DNA of 64,000 nt from a virus. This document shows positions 30,001-38,406 of the stretch, one piece after another. Made by a program: the position numbers and the translations under genes. The DNA lies in the IMG/VR virus record IMGVR_UViG_3300025660_000003, positions 64,001 to 128,000 of that record. One strand, given 5' to 3'. Under the pieces are notes generated by a model. That model had not been told where the DNA came from and did not search any database. It saw only the letters and a program-made list of their open reading frames with translations. The first letter of the stretch is position 1. Every line of letters starts with the position of its first letter.

Positions 30001-32739
30001 GCCGAGTGCTTCGTGGACCGTGGCAGCAAGACGGCCATCTTCCGGCCGTTCCGCAACCGGGACATGACGCTCCAGGCGCTGACCTGGCCGGACCCGGAGA
30101 TCCCCGCAGGGAGCTGCCTGCTCGGTCCGTATGTGTACCCGGCCCCGGACTCGTCGGAGAAGGATGCTCTCCAGATCCTCACGGGCAACGACGGAGCCCC
30201 GCACGGCACGACGGGCAAGCGGATGGGCTTCATGGTCCCCCGCGAGTTCATGCCGCGCTTCGGTCGCCAGGACATCCCGTTCCGCCAGCTCAACCCCGGC
30301 ACGGCCCCCACGGCTGCCGGGTTCATGCCGGGCATCAACCACCTGTTCACCGACGTGACCGACCTGACCAACCCGGTGTTCAACATCATCGGTGGTGAGC
30401 GGAACGCCGGAGGCGCGGAGGTCAACTCCCTGTTCATGGTGACGCGAGCCAGCGAGATCGTGTACGGCCACGGCAACAGCAGCTACGGCCCGAAGAACAT
30501 CGGTGCCTACGGTGCTCGCAAGACGACCGACATCAACCCGGCTCTCGGGCCGAACCCTGCTGCTGTCGTCGCTGCGCTCCGGGCGGTCAACTCGTCCGAC
30601 CTGGGCCGTGGGCTCAAGGGCATCCAGCTCCCGCCCTACATGGGCATCGCCCGGCTGTACGGCGTCTACGAGTTCGCGGACTACACGGCCAAGGGCGGCA
30701 CGGCGTTCAAGGTCAACCGCTACGAGATGGAAGCGGCTCCGGTGTCGATCAACCTCCTCCGCGAGGATGCCGACCAGCAGACGCTCTTCATCCTCCAGGA
30801 CGGTGCGCTGGACCTCACGGGGGCCGTGGGTGACCACACCTACATCATCCCGTCGAACGTGCTCGACCTGTCTCGCATCCCGACCTACACCGCTGGGGAC
30901 GCCTTCGAGGACTACGACTACGTCGTCGAGGCGACGGTCTTCTTCTTCGCCCGGGGCTTCATCAACGAGAACAACGTGGTCCTCGTGCGCAAGCGGGACG
31001 GCTCCTACGCCCTCAACACCGATGGGGACGACGCAGAGCTGGAGAACGTGCCGATGTGCATCCCGTCTCCGGCGGGCATCAACGACCGGCTCTACAGCGC
31101 CTACAACCGCACCGTGTACCAGGGCGACCCCTACATGACGCGGGACGGCTCGACGCGGCAGGAGGCCGACTACGAGAACCGCTACGGGCGGCTCAAGCCC
31201 TCGCAGGCGTGGCTGCTCCGCACGGCAGTCCAGCAGTTCGACTCGGCGGGCGACTTCGTCCCGCAGATGGACAACGAGCGTGGCTTTGAGGTGCTCGCCT
31301 CGATGGACTTCTACACGACGCTCGGCACGGGCAAGGTCGGCGGGATGCTGTTCCCCGGCACCCCGCTCGACGTGGGGCACATCTCCGACACGCTGCTGGC
31401 CTCCAGCCGGATGCCGCTGACGGAGACCGCAATCGACTGGCGGATCGACGTTCGGGCCTTCACCGAAGGTCAGAAGATGAACCCCAGCCGGGCAGCGGCC
31501 TCTGTGGAGATCCTGGACGCTGCGTCCATGGCAAACGCCAACGAGCACGGCCGTGCCTTCCGCGTTCGGGTGACCCACCTCGACGCCACGGAGACGACCC
31601 TCTACGGCATCACCGCTGCACGGAACGGCGTGTTCGTGGCCAACCTCGTTCCGGCGGCGGACATCTTCGAGGTGGACGCCGGGGCCGATGAGCAGGCCAC
31701 GGCGGACAACCTCGCCGTGCTCATCAACGACCACGTGGCCCTCTACCGCACGCTGACGGCAGCCGACGACGGCACCCCGAAGGTGACCCTCACGGCGATC
31801 CCGACCGGAGCAGAGGGCAACGGCATCCGGGTGACGGTGGATCTCGTGACCGTGGCTGGCGTAGGCGACCTGGTGCCTGGCCCCCCGGTCGAGACGCTGG
31901 TGCAGGAGACGCTCCGCATCGAGGTCCCGCACGACAACATGGTGGTCACTCCGCACGTCACCTCCAGTTTCTTGCTGGGCGGCATCGACGTGCCGGTGAA
32001 CGCGGGCATCGGGACGAGCCAGATGGCTCTGACCGGCATGACCGAGCGCCTCCCGCTCGGCGTCCTGGTTCAGGACAGCGACTTCATGTGCGAGAACCCG
32101 CTGGGGGACGAGGCTTCGGCCATGAACTCCAGCCCGGCTCCGCTGCGGCCCATCCAGACGCTCATGCCGCTCATCGGTGGCGAGGAGTACAGCCGATTCA
32201 TGGGCGCTCCCGGAGAGCTGCTGGCCCTGGCTGACGTGCAGATCGCCCCGTACTCCTGGGCGGCCTGGACCGACACGGCACCGGACGGTGCGACCCGCAA
32301 GTTCCGCATCTACCGGGGCGGTGCTGCCGCCTACGTGCTCTCCGGGGACAACCCCGGTGGCCCGGTGGACTGGGTGAGCGAGAGCTTCCCGAAGTCGGCA
32401 CAGCCGGTCCTCAAGGGCGGCGTGCTGGCCTGCAAGGCGATGCTCGTCCGCAACTACTACGAGGAGGCGTTCGCTGGTGGGAGCCTCGCAGCCCCGAGCC
32501 AGGGCGACGAGATCCAGATGGTCATCCTGACCCACGCCCACCTCGGCGATGGCCTGACCGTGCTCAACGGGGTGACCCTCGACGGGATCATCAGCCCCAG
32601 CGGCTACGGCGAGGGCTACTCGGCAGCCGACCGCTACCGCTGCATGGGACGACCGATGTTCCGTGGGTACAGTCGCGTCATCCCGGACCCGGCCACCGTC
32701 ACTCTGGCGGTGTACCCGGAGGACCAGCGAGGCGTCTGA
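27055..32739 (+). CDS. Virion structural protein with DUF4815-like N-terminus, 1894 aa
   Basis: QKGKPPLDAELN motif; paralog of 13152..16877. Confidence 0.65.
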   Translation: MALDHGTGVSRTLSPLDRAYASVIWQKGKPPLDAELNLMSSLDQERLREYVAGLMPSGFLMDPTRSEFDFKFDPLWVNHFHLGVPRSATGSLDADETQPVVWANVNGWMVPVAGTDITGTADVHNVVKLYPAPGSDTRVDFVFLEVWNSLVQPNPSTLNKPTLSTVWKYGNVQHGGTNITDDLEDPTIGFETSKRVQVQYRIRVYGQGLGGGASVNLAVHPDGFGDPNILGRGANVSAPVAGMQWANMREQLGDPSLWRAGDGDPNNALGTIDGYTYAIPICAVFRRSRETYVAVKTSGNPTQNGATLRTPGVYLLVDPLTGAVPLLQASLGAALGPDDGKLAPFTIAVTNINGSGLEDTAHTLSSIYLQIEDEIVGISAVDLVGNTITIPAGGRGRWGTAAAGHATATPINQFNTRPDGLYADEVASQDVLDLRRAVNPGDWDYNRILSHNVAALAKGTLRTAWKESNPGDTEGPVVHEVVDMYAGDETHPNHTDAADGSDGVRTVWSDGATIQPDVTLLLKHDATRDADGMVGFTNTGFDALVEWDVGASFNPIGFLNTGGGATGWYNGSSVHLFIGGTTGELGARATFRAANVRDVRFVTPGEYWKTGYPVVDPNTGNQHPVSLRFIAEKSMVAPPSSLAAADKLIAPGPQYPWREESFERPFIVLGGLLHSNLRITALDVSALTMAVDAYGTTRFYLDLTSKGFDFDAAGGFNNASGGVFPNDPSQVATPFLRGQRTFFGMLTDDGRDQTGASSEVYLMTFGDPTGRNNNGAFKVIGAGTVGYTNVPGINAGTLVLEPRSADFAGWSATGSGNEITVDFRSQFHNADDISTYAARIADLAIVLTDIGGESGDGTPWDLANVGANALAQSGGAYYAPSKMVLSTTLLYHPGRSATTRVADEFVRFAMRGGSEETLGTYLRRSPSSIDTTFSAIGTATDETYWPTIHVGTWNRLSGLGWHAPLAPAYGGTVVGFTEQDREAECFVDRGSKTAIFRPFRNRDMTLQALTWPDPEIPAGSCLLGPYVYPAPDSSEKDALQILTGNDGAPHGTTGKRMGFMVPREFMPRFGRQDIPFRQLNPGTAPTAAGFMPGINHLFTDVTDLTNPVFNIIGGERNAGGAEVNSLFMVTRASEIVYGHGNSSYGPKNIGAYGARKTTDINPALGPNPAAVVAALRAVNSSDLGRGLKGIQLPPYMGIARLYGVYEFADYTAKGGTAFKVNRYEMEAAPVSINLLREDADQQTLFILQDGALDLTGAVGDHTYIIPSNVLDLSRIPTYTAGDAFEDYDYVVEATVFFFARGFINENNVVLVRKRDGSYALNTDGDDAELENVPMCIPSPAGINDRLYSAYNRTVYQGDPYMTRDGSTRQEADYENRYGRLKPSQAWLLRTAVQQFDSAGDFVPQMDNERGFEVLASMDFYTTLGTGKVGGMLFPGTPLDVGHISDTLLASSRMPLTETAIDWRIDVRAFTEGQKMNPSRAAASVEILDAASMANANEHGRAFRVRVTHLDATETTLYGITAARNGVFVANLVPAADIFEVDAGADEQATADNLAVLINDHVALYRTLTAADDGTPKVTLTAIPTGAEGNGIRVTVDLVTVAGVGDLVPGPPVETLVQETLRIEVPHDNMVVTPHVTSSFLLGGIDVPVNAGIGTSQMALTGMTERLPLGVLVQDSDFMCENPLGDEASAMNSSPAPLRPIQTLMPLIGGEEYSRFMGAPGELLALADVQIAPYSWAAWTDTAPDGATRKFRIYRGGAAAYVLSGDNPGGPVDWVSESFPKSAQPVLKGGVLACKAMLVRNYYEEAFAGGSLAAPSQGDEIQMVILTHAHLGDGLTVLNGVTLDGIISPSGYGEGYSAADRYRCMGRPMFRGYSRVIPDPATVTLAVYPEDQRGV

Positions 32740-32745
32740 TAGCCC

Positions 32746-33084
32746 ATGCCCTTCCTGAACCGACGAGACATCGCCCTCAAGACGAGGACACAGGCTGAGA
32801 AGGACTACCGGGTACAGCTCCGGGCGGCCCTCTCAACCCCTGGTCTGCCTGCTGAACAGCGGGTGGAGATCCAGCGTCGGCTGAAGAGCGTGGGGAAGCC
32901 CCGCGTGTACGACGCCAACTCGCCAGCCCCTCCTGGGGCCATCGAGTTCACTACCCCGGAGGTCGCCACGGAAGCGTCCCTGAAGGGTCTGACGAAAGCA
33001 GCTCTGGTTGCGCTCGCTGGAGGGCGGGGACTTCCCACCTCTGGCACAAAGGCCGTTCTGGTCGGGCGTCTGCTGGGTCGCTGA
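32746..33084 (+). CDS. Small protein with C-terminal SAP domain
   Basis: LKGLTKAALVALAGGRGLPTSGTKAVLVGRLL matches SAP consensus (L..L...L..RGL..SG.K..L..RL). Confidence 0.7.
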   Translation: MPFLNRRDIALKTRTQAEKDYRVQLRAALSTPGLPAEQRVEIQRRLKSVGKPRVYDANSPAPPGAIEFTTPEVATEASLKGLTKAALVALAGGRGLPTSGTKAVLVGRLLGR

Positions 33085-33099
33085 ACCAAGGAGGCAGCC

Positions 33100-33633
33100 A
33101 TGCGCTACCTGACACTGATCCTGCTTGCCCTGTCGCTGACCATCGCGGTCCCCGCATTCGCAGAGCCCACCGAACCCGCAGTCGCAGTCGAGCCCGCAGA
33201 CGATGACGACTCGGCAGCCATCCCGGAGGCCCCGGAAGCCGACGACGACGATGCTGTCCCGACAGTCGATGACGACGACTCGGCAGTCGTCGCTGTCCCT
33301 GAGACCGACGAAGAGGCCATGCTGCTCATCAGCAAGCTCCTCGACGCGGCCAACAACGGGCACTGGACCGTCTTCGCGGGTCTCCTGATCCTGCTCATGG
33401 TCTTCGGCATGAACCGCCTGGGCCTCGCAGCGAAGATCGGCGGCAAGTGGGTTCCCTGGGTCACCCTCGGAACGGGTGCTGCGGTCGCCATCGCAATCGG
33501 CCTGGCCACGGGTGCTGGGGTGGGCGAGTCCATCGCAGCCGGGCTTCTCGAAGGCACCGTCGCCATCGCTCTGTGGGAGCTGCTCGCCAAGCACGCCACC
33601 ACCAAGAAGGCGGACGGCACCGACCGCGCCTAG
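33100..33633 (+). CDS. Membrane protein with signal peptide and acidic repeats (possible holin-like lysis protein)
   Basis: AGGAGG RBS; signal peptide ending AFA, DDDD(S)A repeats, about 3 TM segments, basic C-terminal tail. Confidence 0.55.
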   Translation: MRYLTLILLALSLTIAVPAFAEPTEPAVAVEPADDDDSAAIPEAPEADDDDAVPTVDDDDSAVVAVPETDEEAMLLISKLLDAANNGHWTVFAGLLILLMVFGMNRLGLAAKIGGKWVPWVTLGTGAAVAIAIGLATGAGVGESIAAGLLEGTVAIALWELLAKHATTKKADGTDRA

Positions 33634-33654
33634 CCCTGAACGTCTACTCGACTG

Positions 33655-33683
33655 GCAACGCCTCCCGAATCGGGAGGCGTTGC
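33655..33683. terminator. Hairpin between convergent operons (likely bidirectional terminator)
   Basis: Perfect 13-bp stem gcaacgcctcccg-aat-cgggaggcgttgc. Confidence 0.75.
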
Positions 33684-33692
33684 TGCTTGGGC

Positions 33693-34124
33693 TCAGACGA
33701 CGTTGTACCGCTGGACGAGGTCGACGACCCCGCCGACGCCACCAGCGAGGATACTGAACCAGCAGGCGTAGTAGAGGAGGTTGCTGAACAGGATGATCCC
33801 GCCGGACTCGCTCACCACCTTGCGCTGGGCGTTGATGCGTCGGTCAGCTTCAGCGAACTGAGCATCGAACCCGCCACCGAAGAGACTGCCTCGTGACGGG
33901 CCACCCCCAGCCGGGTAGACCCGGCGACCGATGACGACATTCTGGGTCCGGGGCGGGGGAGCCCCGGCTTCGGGCTTCGGGGGCCGGAGCGAGGCAGCGA
34001 CCTTGCTCTGGATGATGGAGCCCGCGATGAGCTTGATGAGCAGCATCCCGATGATGCCGCCGACGAAGAGGCCGATGGAGAGGTAGAAGAGGTTCGGGTT
34101 CGCTCCGGTCAGCAGTTCGTTCAC
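33693..34124 (-). CDS. Hypothetical membrane protein, 143 aa
   Basis: Two hydrophobic segments; GGAG RBS; GTGA overlap with upstream gene. Confidence 0.65.
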   Translation of the reverse strand: MNELLTGANPNLFYLSIGLFVGGIIGMLLIKLIAGSIIQSKVAASLRPPKPEAGAPPPRTQNVVIGRRVYPAGGGPSRGSLFGGGFDAQFAEADRRINAQRKVVSESGGIILFSNLLYYACWFSILAGGVGGVVDLVQRYNVV

Positions 34125-34285
34125 GGTCGTTTCTCCTTCAGGACTTTGTCGTAGGCGGCTTCGGCCTGCTCTTGGGTGGTGGTGATGCCCTCGCGGGCCT
34201 GTATGGCGATGATGTTCCGCACCATCAGCCTCCGGCGAGTGACCGGGTTGGCGAGGATGGCCTTGATGTCCACGCGGCGTCTCAC
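34121..34285 (-). CDS. Hypothetical protein, 54 aa
   Basis: GTG start overlapping the upstream stop (GTGA); good codon bias. Confidence 0.55.
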   Translation of the reverse strand: MRRRVDIKAILANPVTRRRLMVRNIIAIQAREGITTTQEQAEAAYDKVLKEKRP

Positions 34286-34530
34286 AGTCCCACCCCTTGC
34301 CGGACAGAGCGTTCCGTTTCGCGTCGAAGTCGCTGGGAGATGGCCTCCAACTCGAACATGGTGAGAGGCGTGTCGTTGTGGGGGACGAAGCGGGACCTCC
34401 GGTCGGGGTGCCACTGGATCGACCCGATCTTCGTGGAGCTGCCGTCGATGACCCCGCCCTTGGCCGGGTTCTCCCGCATCACGTCACGGGCGTGGGGGTC
34501 AGCCGTCATGTGGAAGGCGAGCTTGGCCAT
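34282..34530 (-). CDS. Hypothetical protein, 82 aa
   Basis: Coupled ORF in minus-strand operon. Confidence 0.6.
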   Translation of the reverse strand: MAKLAFHMTADPHARDVMRENPAKGGVIDGSSTKIGSIQWHPDRRSRFVPHNDTPLTMFELEAISQRLRRETERSVRQGVGL

Positions 34531-35717
34531 CAGGTGCGGGCCAGGGTGGGATTGCTCGCCTCGACTTCCGCAGCACGCTTGGCGTCGTACTCCTTCGCCC
34601 GTGCCATGCCAGCGACGCGAGCGTCGTACTCAGCCTGCTGCTTGGCGAGGTAGGCGGCACGGGCGTCGCGGGCGACCTGGGGGTCGATCTCGAAGGACCA
34701 GCCGTTCGCTTCGACCAGGGCCTGTGCGGTCTTGTTGATGGCCGGGCCACCGCCGCAGTCGAACTGGTTGTCCCGGTAGTGGTAGCCGCAGTTGCCGCAG
34801 CCGGTCGGCATGATGGAGTCACCGCAGAGTGCGCAGTAGGTGGTGGGGGCTCCGCTGATGCGGTCGTTGGCTCCCTTGACCTCGGCCCACAGGAGCCGCT
34901 GGCGGCTGTGGATGATGAGGTCGCAGTCGGCCTCCTCGGCTTCCCCGTTGCTGTGGGTCTGGCGGTCGTTCGGCCCCATGCCGACCTTGAACACGAAAGC
35001 GAGGGCGGCGACGTGGACGGGGCGACCGTCCTGCATCCCCTTCGCGACCGGCTTCGGGGCCGGGTCGGCTCCCGCCTTGACGGCGTAGTGGTCGGGCCGA
35101 CGACGGCTAGGGTCCATGACACTGTTCGCGCAAAACCAGCCCCAGCGAGGCTGACGGAGACCGTGGCCCGCCGTGGGGTCGATGAGCTGAGGGTCCACGG
35201 GCCAGGTGCCCGGGTCGATGTGCTCGCGCTGCCAGGCGTGGGCCTCGGCTCCGAAGTCGGGGACGGTCTTCTGGCCGATGCGGAGGTTCGAGCAGTAGTC
35301 GCCCGTCATCTTCGATCCGTGGTCGGCGGACCAGGACAGGTTGAAGTTGTAGACGGCCCCATCGACGTGAACGCCGGGGACGGCGAAGTACCAGCCGCGA
35401 TGCTTGGTGTCCGAGATGGCCTTGCCGATGGCCCTGACCCGCGCCCGGATGTCGTCCGGGATGCTCGCGTCCAGCGTCCGGTACCCGTTGTCCTTCCAGA
35501 GCTGCTGGGCCTGGGCCTCCTGCTCGTCATCCAGGTCGGAGAGGATGGCAGCGACCCCTTCCGGGACGGGCGCGACCCCGTTGATGATCTCGTCGTACTT
35601 CGCGGCGATCACGTCGTCCGGGATGTGCGGGGTCACTGCCTGCACCTGCTCCAGGGTCGGGTTCAGCACCTTGCGGGAGGCGATCAGGATGGCGACGAAG
35701 GGATGGGGCTGGGTCAT
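34530..35717 (-). CDS. Hypothetical protein with C-terminal Zn ribbon, 395 aa
   Basis: CALCGDSIMPTGCGNCG motif; coupled ORF. Confidence 0.7.
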   Translation of the reverse strand: MTQPHPFVAILIASRKVLNPTLEQVQAVTPHIPDDVIAAKYDEIINGVAPVPEGVAAILSDLDDEQEAQAQQLWKDNGYRTLDASIPDDIRARVRAIGKAISDTKHRGWYFAVPGVHVDGAVYNFNLSWSADHGSKMTGDYCSNLRIGQKTVPDFGAEAHAWQREHIDPGTWPVDPQLIDPTAGHGLRQPRWGWFCANSVMDPSRRRPDHYAVKAGADPAPKPVAKGMQDGRPVHVAALAFVFKVGMGPNDRQTHSNGEAEEADCDLIIHSRQRLLWAEVKGANDRISGAPTTYCALCGDSIMPTGCGNCGYHYRDNQFDCGGGPAINKTAQALVEANGWSFEIDPQVARDARAAYLAKQQAEYDARVAGMARAKEYDAKRAAEVEASNPTLART

Positions 35718-35721
35718 GGGA

Positions 35722-36870
35722 CTAGACGGCTCCGTTGAAGTGGGCGGCGACCAGCGTGACCAGTCGCGGCTGGAGGCTCATGGAGAAGACCGTCCAGCAG
35801 CCGTTCTCGCGGTTCCAGGTGCGGTTCCGACCGGGGACCAGGGCCTTCAGTTCGGCCACGAACTTGAAGTTGCGGCGCGGGGTGTAGAGGTCAATCACGT
35901 CCATCTGACCGTTGTTCCGCACCCGGAGGATGGTGGCCTTCGGAGCGGCCTTCGAGGCGACCGGCTTCGGGTCGTAGGCGGCTCGGAACTCGTCGCGGAC
36001 GTTGTACCAGGTGGCCGTGTCCATCTTGACGACGCGGCTGGGGTTGCCAGCGATCATGCCGGGGACCGTGACCCACTGGCCGCCGAAGTCCTCACCGAGG
36101 ATGGCCCACACCAGGGACTTGCGGATGAGGGGGAAGCGCCAGCCGTAGGTGAAGCGACCCTCACGGGCGACCGTGGTGGCCTCCTTGACGTTCCGCATGT
36201 TGCGGCGGACGTGGGCCTTGCTGCGGCAGCGGACGATGTAGAAGTTCGCGTCCGTGGGGTCGCGGCTGATGATCACGTCGGTGTTGCGCTCGCGGAGCCG
36301 GTCACCGAGACCGACGAAGCCGAGAGCGGTGACGATGCTCGCGCAGTCGAGGACGACCTGCGTGTTGTCGAGGTGGGCCGAGGACCACCAGATGAGGATG
36401 TTGCAGAGGTCGCGGGGCTTCGACTTGAGACCCTTGGCGGCGATCTTGACCAGCCGGTCCAGCTTGCTCGCCTGGAGCAGGCCGAGGGCCTCCTCGAACA
36501 TCGCGGAGGTGATGTCGAAGTCGATCTCGTAGTGCTGGCGGGAGCAGTCCGGGCCGATGCCTCTGGACACGCTCACGGAGTCGCGCAGTGCGGTCCCGCA
36601 GCAGGTACAGCGGGTCGCGGTCAGCGTGAAGACCTTCTGCCACTCGCGGATGATGCCGAGTGCGTCAGCAGCCGAGTGGGCTGCGCTGGACGAGGTTCCC
36701 GTCCCGGCGGCGATGACCACCTTGGGGCTGCGGTTGGGGCCAAGGTCGGGGGCGTCCAGCAGGGCGTCCACGTTGGCGATCAAGCGGCCCGACGCGGGGT
36801 TCGCGCTCGCCGGGGGGGTGCTGGTGCCGAATGAGGCAAAGGCAGCTTCGATTTCGGGGTCGGTTCGCAT
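35722..36870 (-). CDS. DUF6011-like Zn-finger protein with C-terminal HARP-like domain, 382 aa
   Basis: RCTCCGTALRDSVSVSRGIGPDC (DUF6011-like) and FVAELKALVPGRNRTWNRENGCWTV (HARP-like). Confidence 0.6.
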   Translation of the reverse strand: MRTDPEIEAAFASFGTSTPPASANPASGRLIANVDALLDAPDLGPNRSPKVVIAAGTGTSSSAAHSAADALGIIREWQKVFTLTATRCTCCGTALRDSVSVSRGIGPDCSRQHYEIDFDITSAMFEEALGLLQASKLDRLVKIAAKGLKSKPRDLCNILIWWSSAHLDNTQVVLDCASIVTALGFVGLGDRLRERNTDVIISRDPTDANFYIVRCRSKAHVRRNMRNVKEATTVAREGRFTYGWRFPLIRKSLVWAILGEDFGGQWVTVPGMIAGNPSRVVKMDTATWYNVRDEFRAAYDPKPVASKAAPKATILRVRNNGQMDVIDLYTPRRNFKFVAELKALVPGRNRTWNRENGCWTVFSMSLQPRLVTLVAAHFNGAV

Positions 36871-36890
36871 CGTGTTCTCCAGTCGATCTG

Positions 36891-36919
36891 ACTACTCGCC
36901 AGTCTGAGTTTCTGAGCCC
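36891..36919 (-). promoter_or_regulatory. Putative early promoter P1
   Basis: GGGCTCAGA-N14-AGTAGT on minus strand, upstream of RBS and ATG 36870. Confidence 0.7.
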
Positions 36920-37053
36920 TAGAAGTTCCGGCAGAGAGCATGGCCGACACGGCGGCGGGCCTTGCTGGCACCTCGCTTGCCCTTGCCCTTGCGGGCATGG
37001 CCGTAAGCCTTGGACTGCACCATCAGGCGTCGCATCGCGGTTCGGGTTTCCAT
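36919..37053 (-). CDS. Small basic protein, 44 aa (METRTAMRRLMVQSKAYGHARKGKGKRGASKARRRVGHALCRNF)
   Basis: Not in ORF track; lies between promoters P2 and P1 with a GGAGAACACG-ATG leader. Confidence 0.6.
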   Translation of the reverse strand: METRTAMRRLMVQSKAYGHARKGKGKRGASKARRRVGHALCRNF

Positions 37054-37074
37054 CGTGTTCTCCATCCTTCACCC

Positions 37075-37105
37075 CTACTACGGGGCACGATGCGGTTCTG
37101 AGCCC
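37075..37105 (-). promoter_or_regulatory. Putative early promoter P2
   Basis: GGGCTCAGA-N14-CGTAGTAG on minus strand. Confidence 0.75.
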
Positions 37106-37174
37106 CCAATCGCAGGAATCGAAAACGCCTGCGTTTCCGCCCGCCTGGGGAAAAATCTGGATTTCTCAGAAAGG

Positions 37175-37205
37175 GGGCTCAGAACGTCGAGGCCACCCGT
37201 AGTAG
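37175..37205 (+). promoter_or_regulatory. Putative early promoter P3
   Basis: GGGCTCAGA-N14-CGTAGTAG, divergent from P2. Confidence 0.75.
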
Positions 37206-37248
37206 GGGTGAGCGAGAGAACCCTGAACGACAGGTGGCCACGCCACCG

Positions 37249-37279
37249 GGGCTCAGACGACAAGCCCTTCCAGTAGTAG
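37249..37279 (+). promoter_or_regulatory. Putative early promoter P4
   Basis: GGGCTCAGA-N14-AGTAGTAG, tandem to P3. Confidence 0.75.
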
Positions 37280-37306
37280 GAATGGACGCACGACGGAGAG
37301 ATCATC

Positions 37307-38194
37307 ATGGCGAAACTGACACTGGCAGATGCCCGCAGGACGATGGGCAAGGGCCGACCCTGGACCTTCCGACTGGAGTTCTACGGGCAGACGGCCGCAG
37401 GCAACCCGAGCCAGAAGTTCTGGCTCTGCACGGGTCGAGCCCGCAACGAGCCGGTCGAGATCCACTACGGGGCCATCGGGGCGAAGTCGCAGATCCTCGT
37501 GAAGACCTGGGACTACGTCGAGAAGACCGCCCCGGAGAAGATCGCCAAGGGCTACGACTACGCGGACACCCCGTTCGTTCGCATCCGCAAGGCAGTCATC
37601 GACACCTTCGCCATCGGCGGCATGGTCGCTGCCATCGCCTACGGAGCGAAGACCCCCGCGAAGCCACGGCACACCGTCCAGAACACTCCCCGAAGGCCCG
37701 CCCAGGCACCAGTGCCTACCCCTGCCAAGCCCAGCCCAACGACCTGGCGATGCAACACGGGTGGGGTGTCGATGCGGATCAGAGGGTCGAACATCGAGAT
37801 CACGTTCGACAAGTTCCCCGCCGACTGGCAGGGGGCCGTCTTCGGCACCTTCAAGGGTGAACTGGCCGACTTCTGCACGAAGCAGATGGGACGCACCATC
37901 AGCATCTACTGGGGCATCGGCAGCGAGAACTTCGCCGTCCAGAACTGCCCGGACAAGGGCTTGTTCCAGGCGCTCGTGAAGTGGCTCCAGAGCCAGATCG
38001 GAGCCGCTGCGACGCCGCTGGTGCCCCCCACGAAGCTGACCGGCCCCTACGCCTCCATCGTCATCGTCAAGCCGATGGGCAAGGGCGTGTGGGCTGCTCT
38101 CAACGGACTGGGCAGCAAGGTGCTGGACCTGACCGCCAAGGGTGCCCGAGACCTCGTGGCCGACTACCCGAGCATCAAGGTGGCCGGACTGTGA
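37307..38194 (+). CDS. WGR-domain-like protein, 295 aa
   Basis: SQKFW...VEIHYGAIGAKSQ...EKIAKGY resembles the WGR domain. Confidence 0.6.
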   Translation: MAKLTLADARRTMGKGRPWTFRLEFYGQTAAGNPSQKFWLCTGRARNEPVEIHYGAIGAKSQILVKTWDYVEKTAPEKIAKGYDYADTPFVRIRKAVIDTFAIGGMVAAIAYGAKTPAKPRHTVQNTPRRPAQAPVPTPAKPSPTTWRCNTGGVSMRIRGSNIEITFDKFPADWQGAVFGTFKGELADFCTKQMGRTISIYWGIGSENFAVQNCPDKGLFQALVKWLQSQIGAAATPLVPPTKLTGPYASIVIVKPMGKGVWAALNGLGSKVLDLTAKGARDLVADYPSIKVAGL

Positions 38195-38406
38195 GCGTCT
38201 ACATCATCGTCCTCTGCCAGATCGACGACTTCTACTACTACATCCTCGACGAGCCCAACTGGGACGCACTAGGCGACGGGCCGCTCTGCGAGAGCACCCA
38301 CAAGGTCGAGCTGCTGCACGAGCCGGACACCCTCAAGGAGGCCTTCGATCTCGTGGACATTCACGGATACGAGGTCGAGGGAACCGGCCAGGGAGTCATG
38401 TACTGA
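38191..38406 (+). CDS. Hypothetical protein, 71 aa
   Basis: GTGA coupling; codon bias. Confidence 0.6.
   Translation: MSVYIIVLCQIDDFYYYILDEPNWDALGDGPLCESTHKVELLHEPDTLKEAFDLVDIHGYEVEGTGQGVMY

Noticed and set aside
27001-32541. 1846-aa minus-strand ORF and many other long antisense or alternate-frame ORFs
   Set aside because: Shadow ORFs caused by high GC3 bias of the real gene; the translations are Arg/Val/Gly-rich and have no recognisable motifs
33689-33697. GGGCTCAGA as another early promoter
   Set aside because: No GTAGT box 14 nt downstream, and it points antisense to the adjacent gene
37205-37210. GTG in the promoter tail GGGGTG as a general leaderless start codon
   Set aside because: In frame with the downstream gene at P7 but out of frame at P2 and P6
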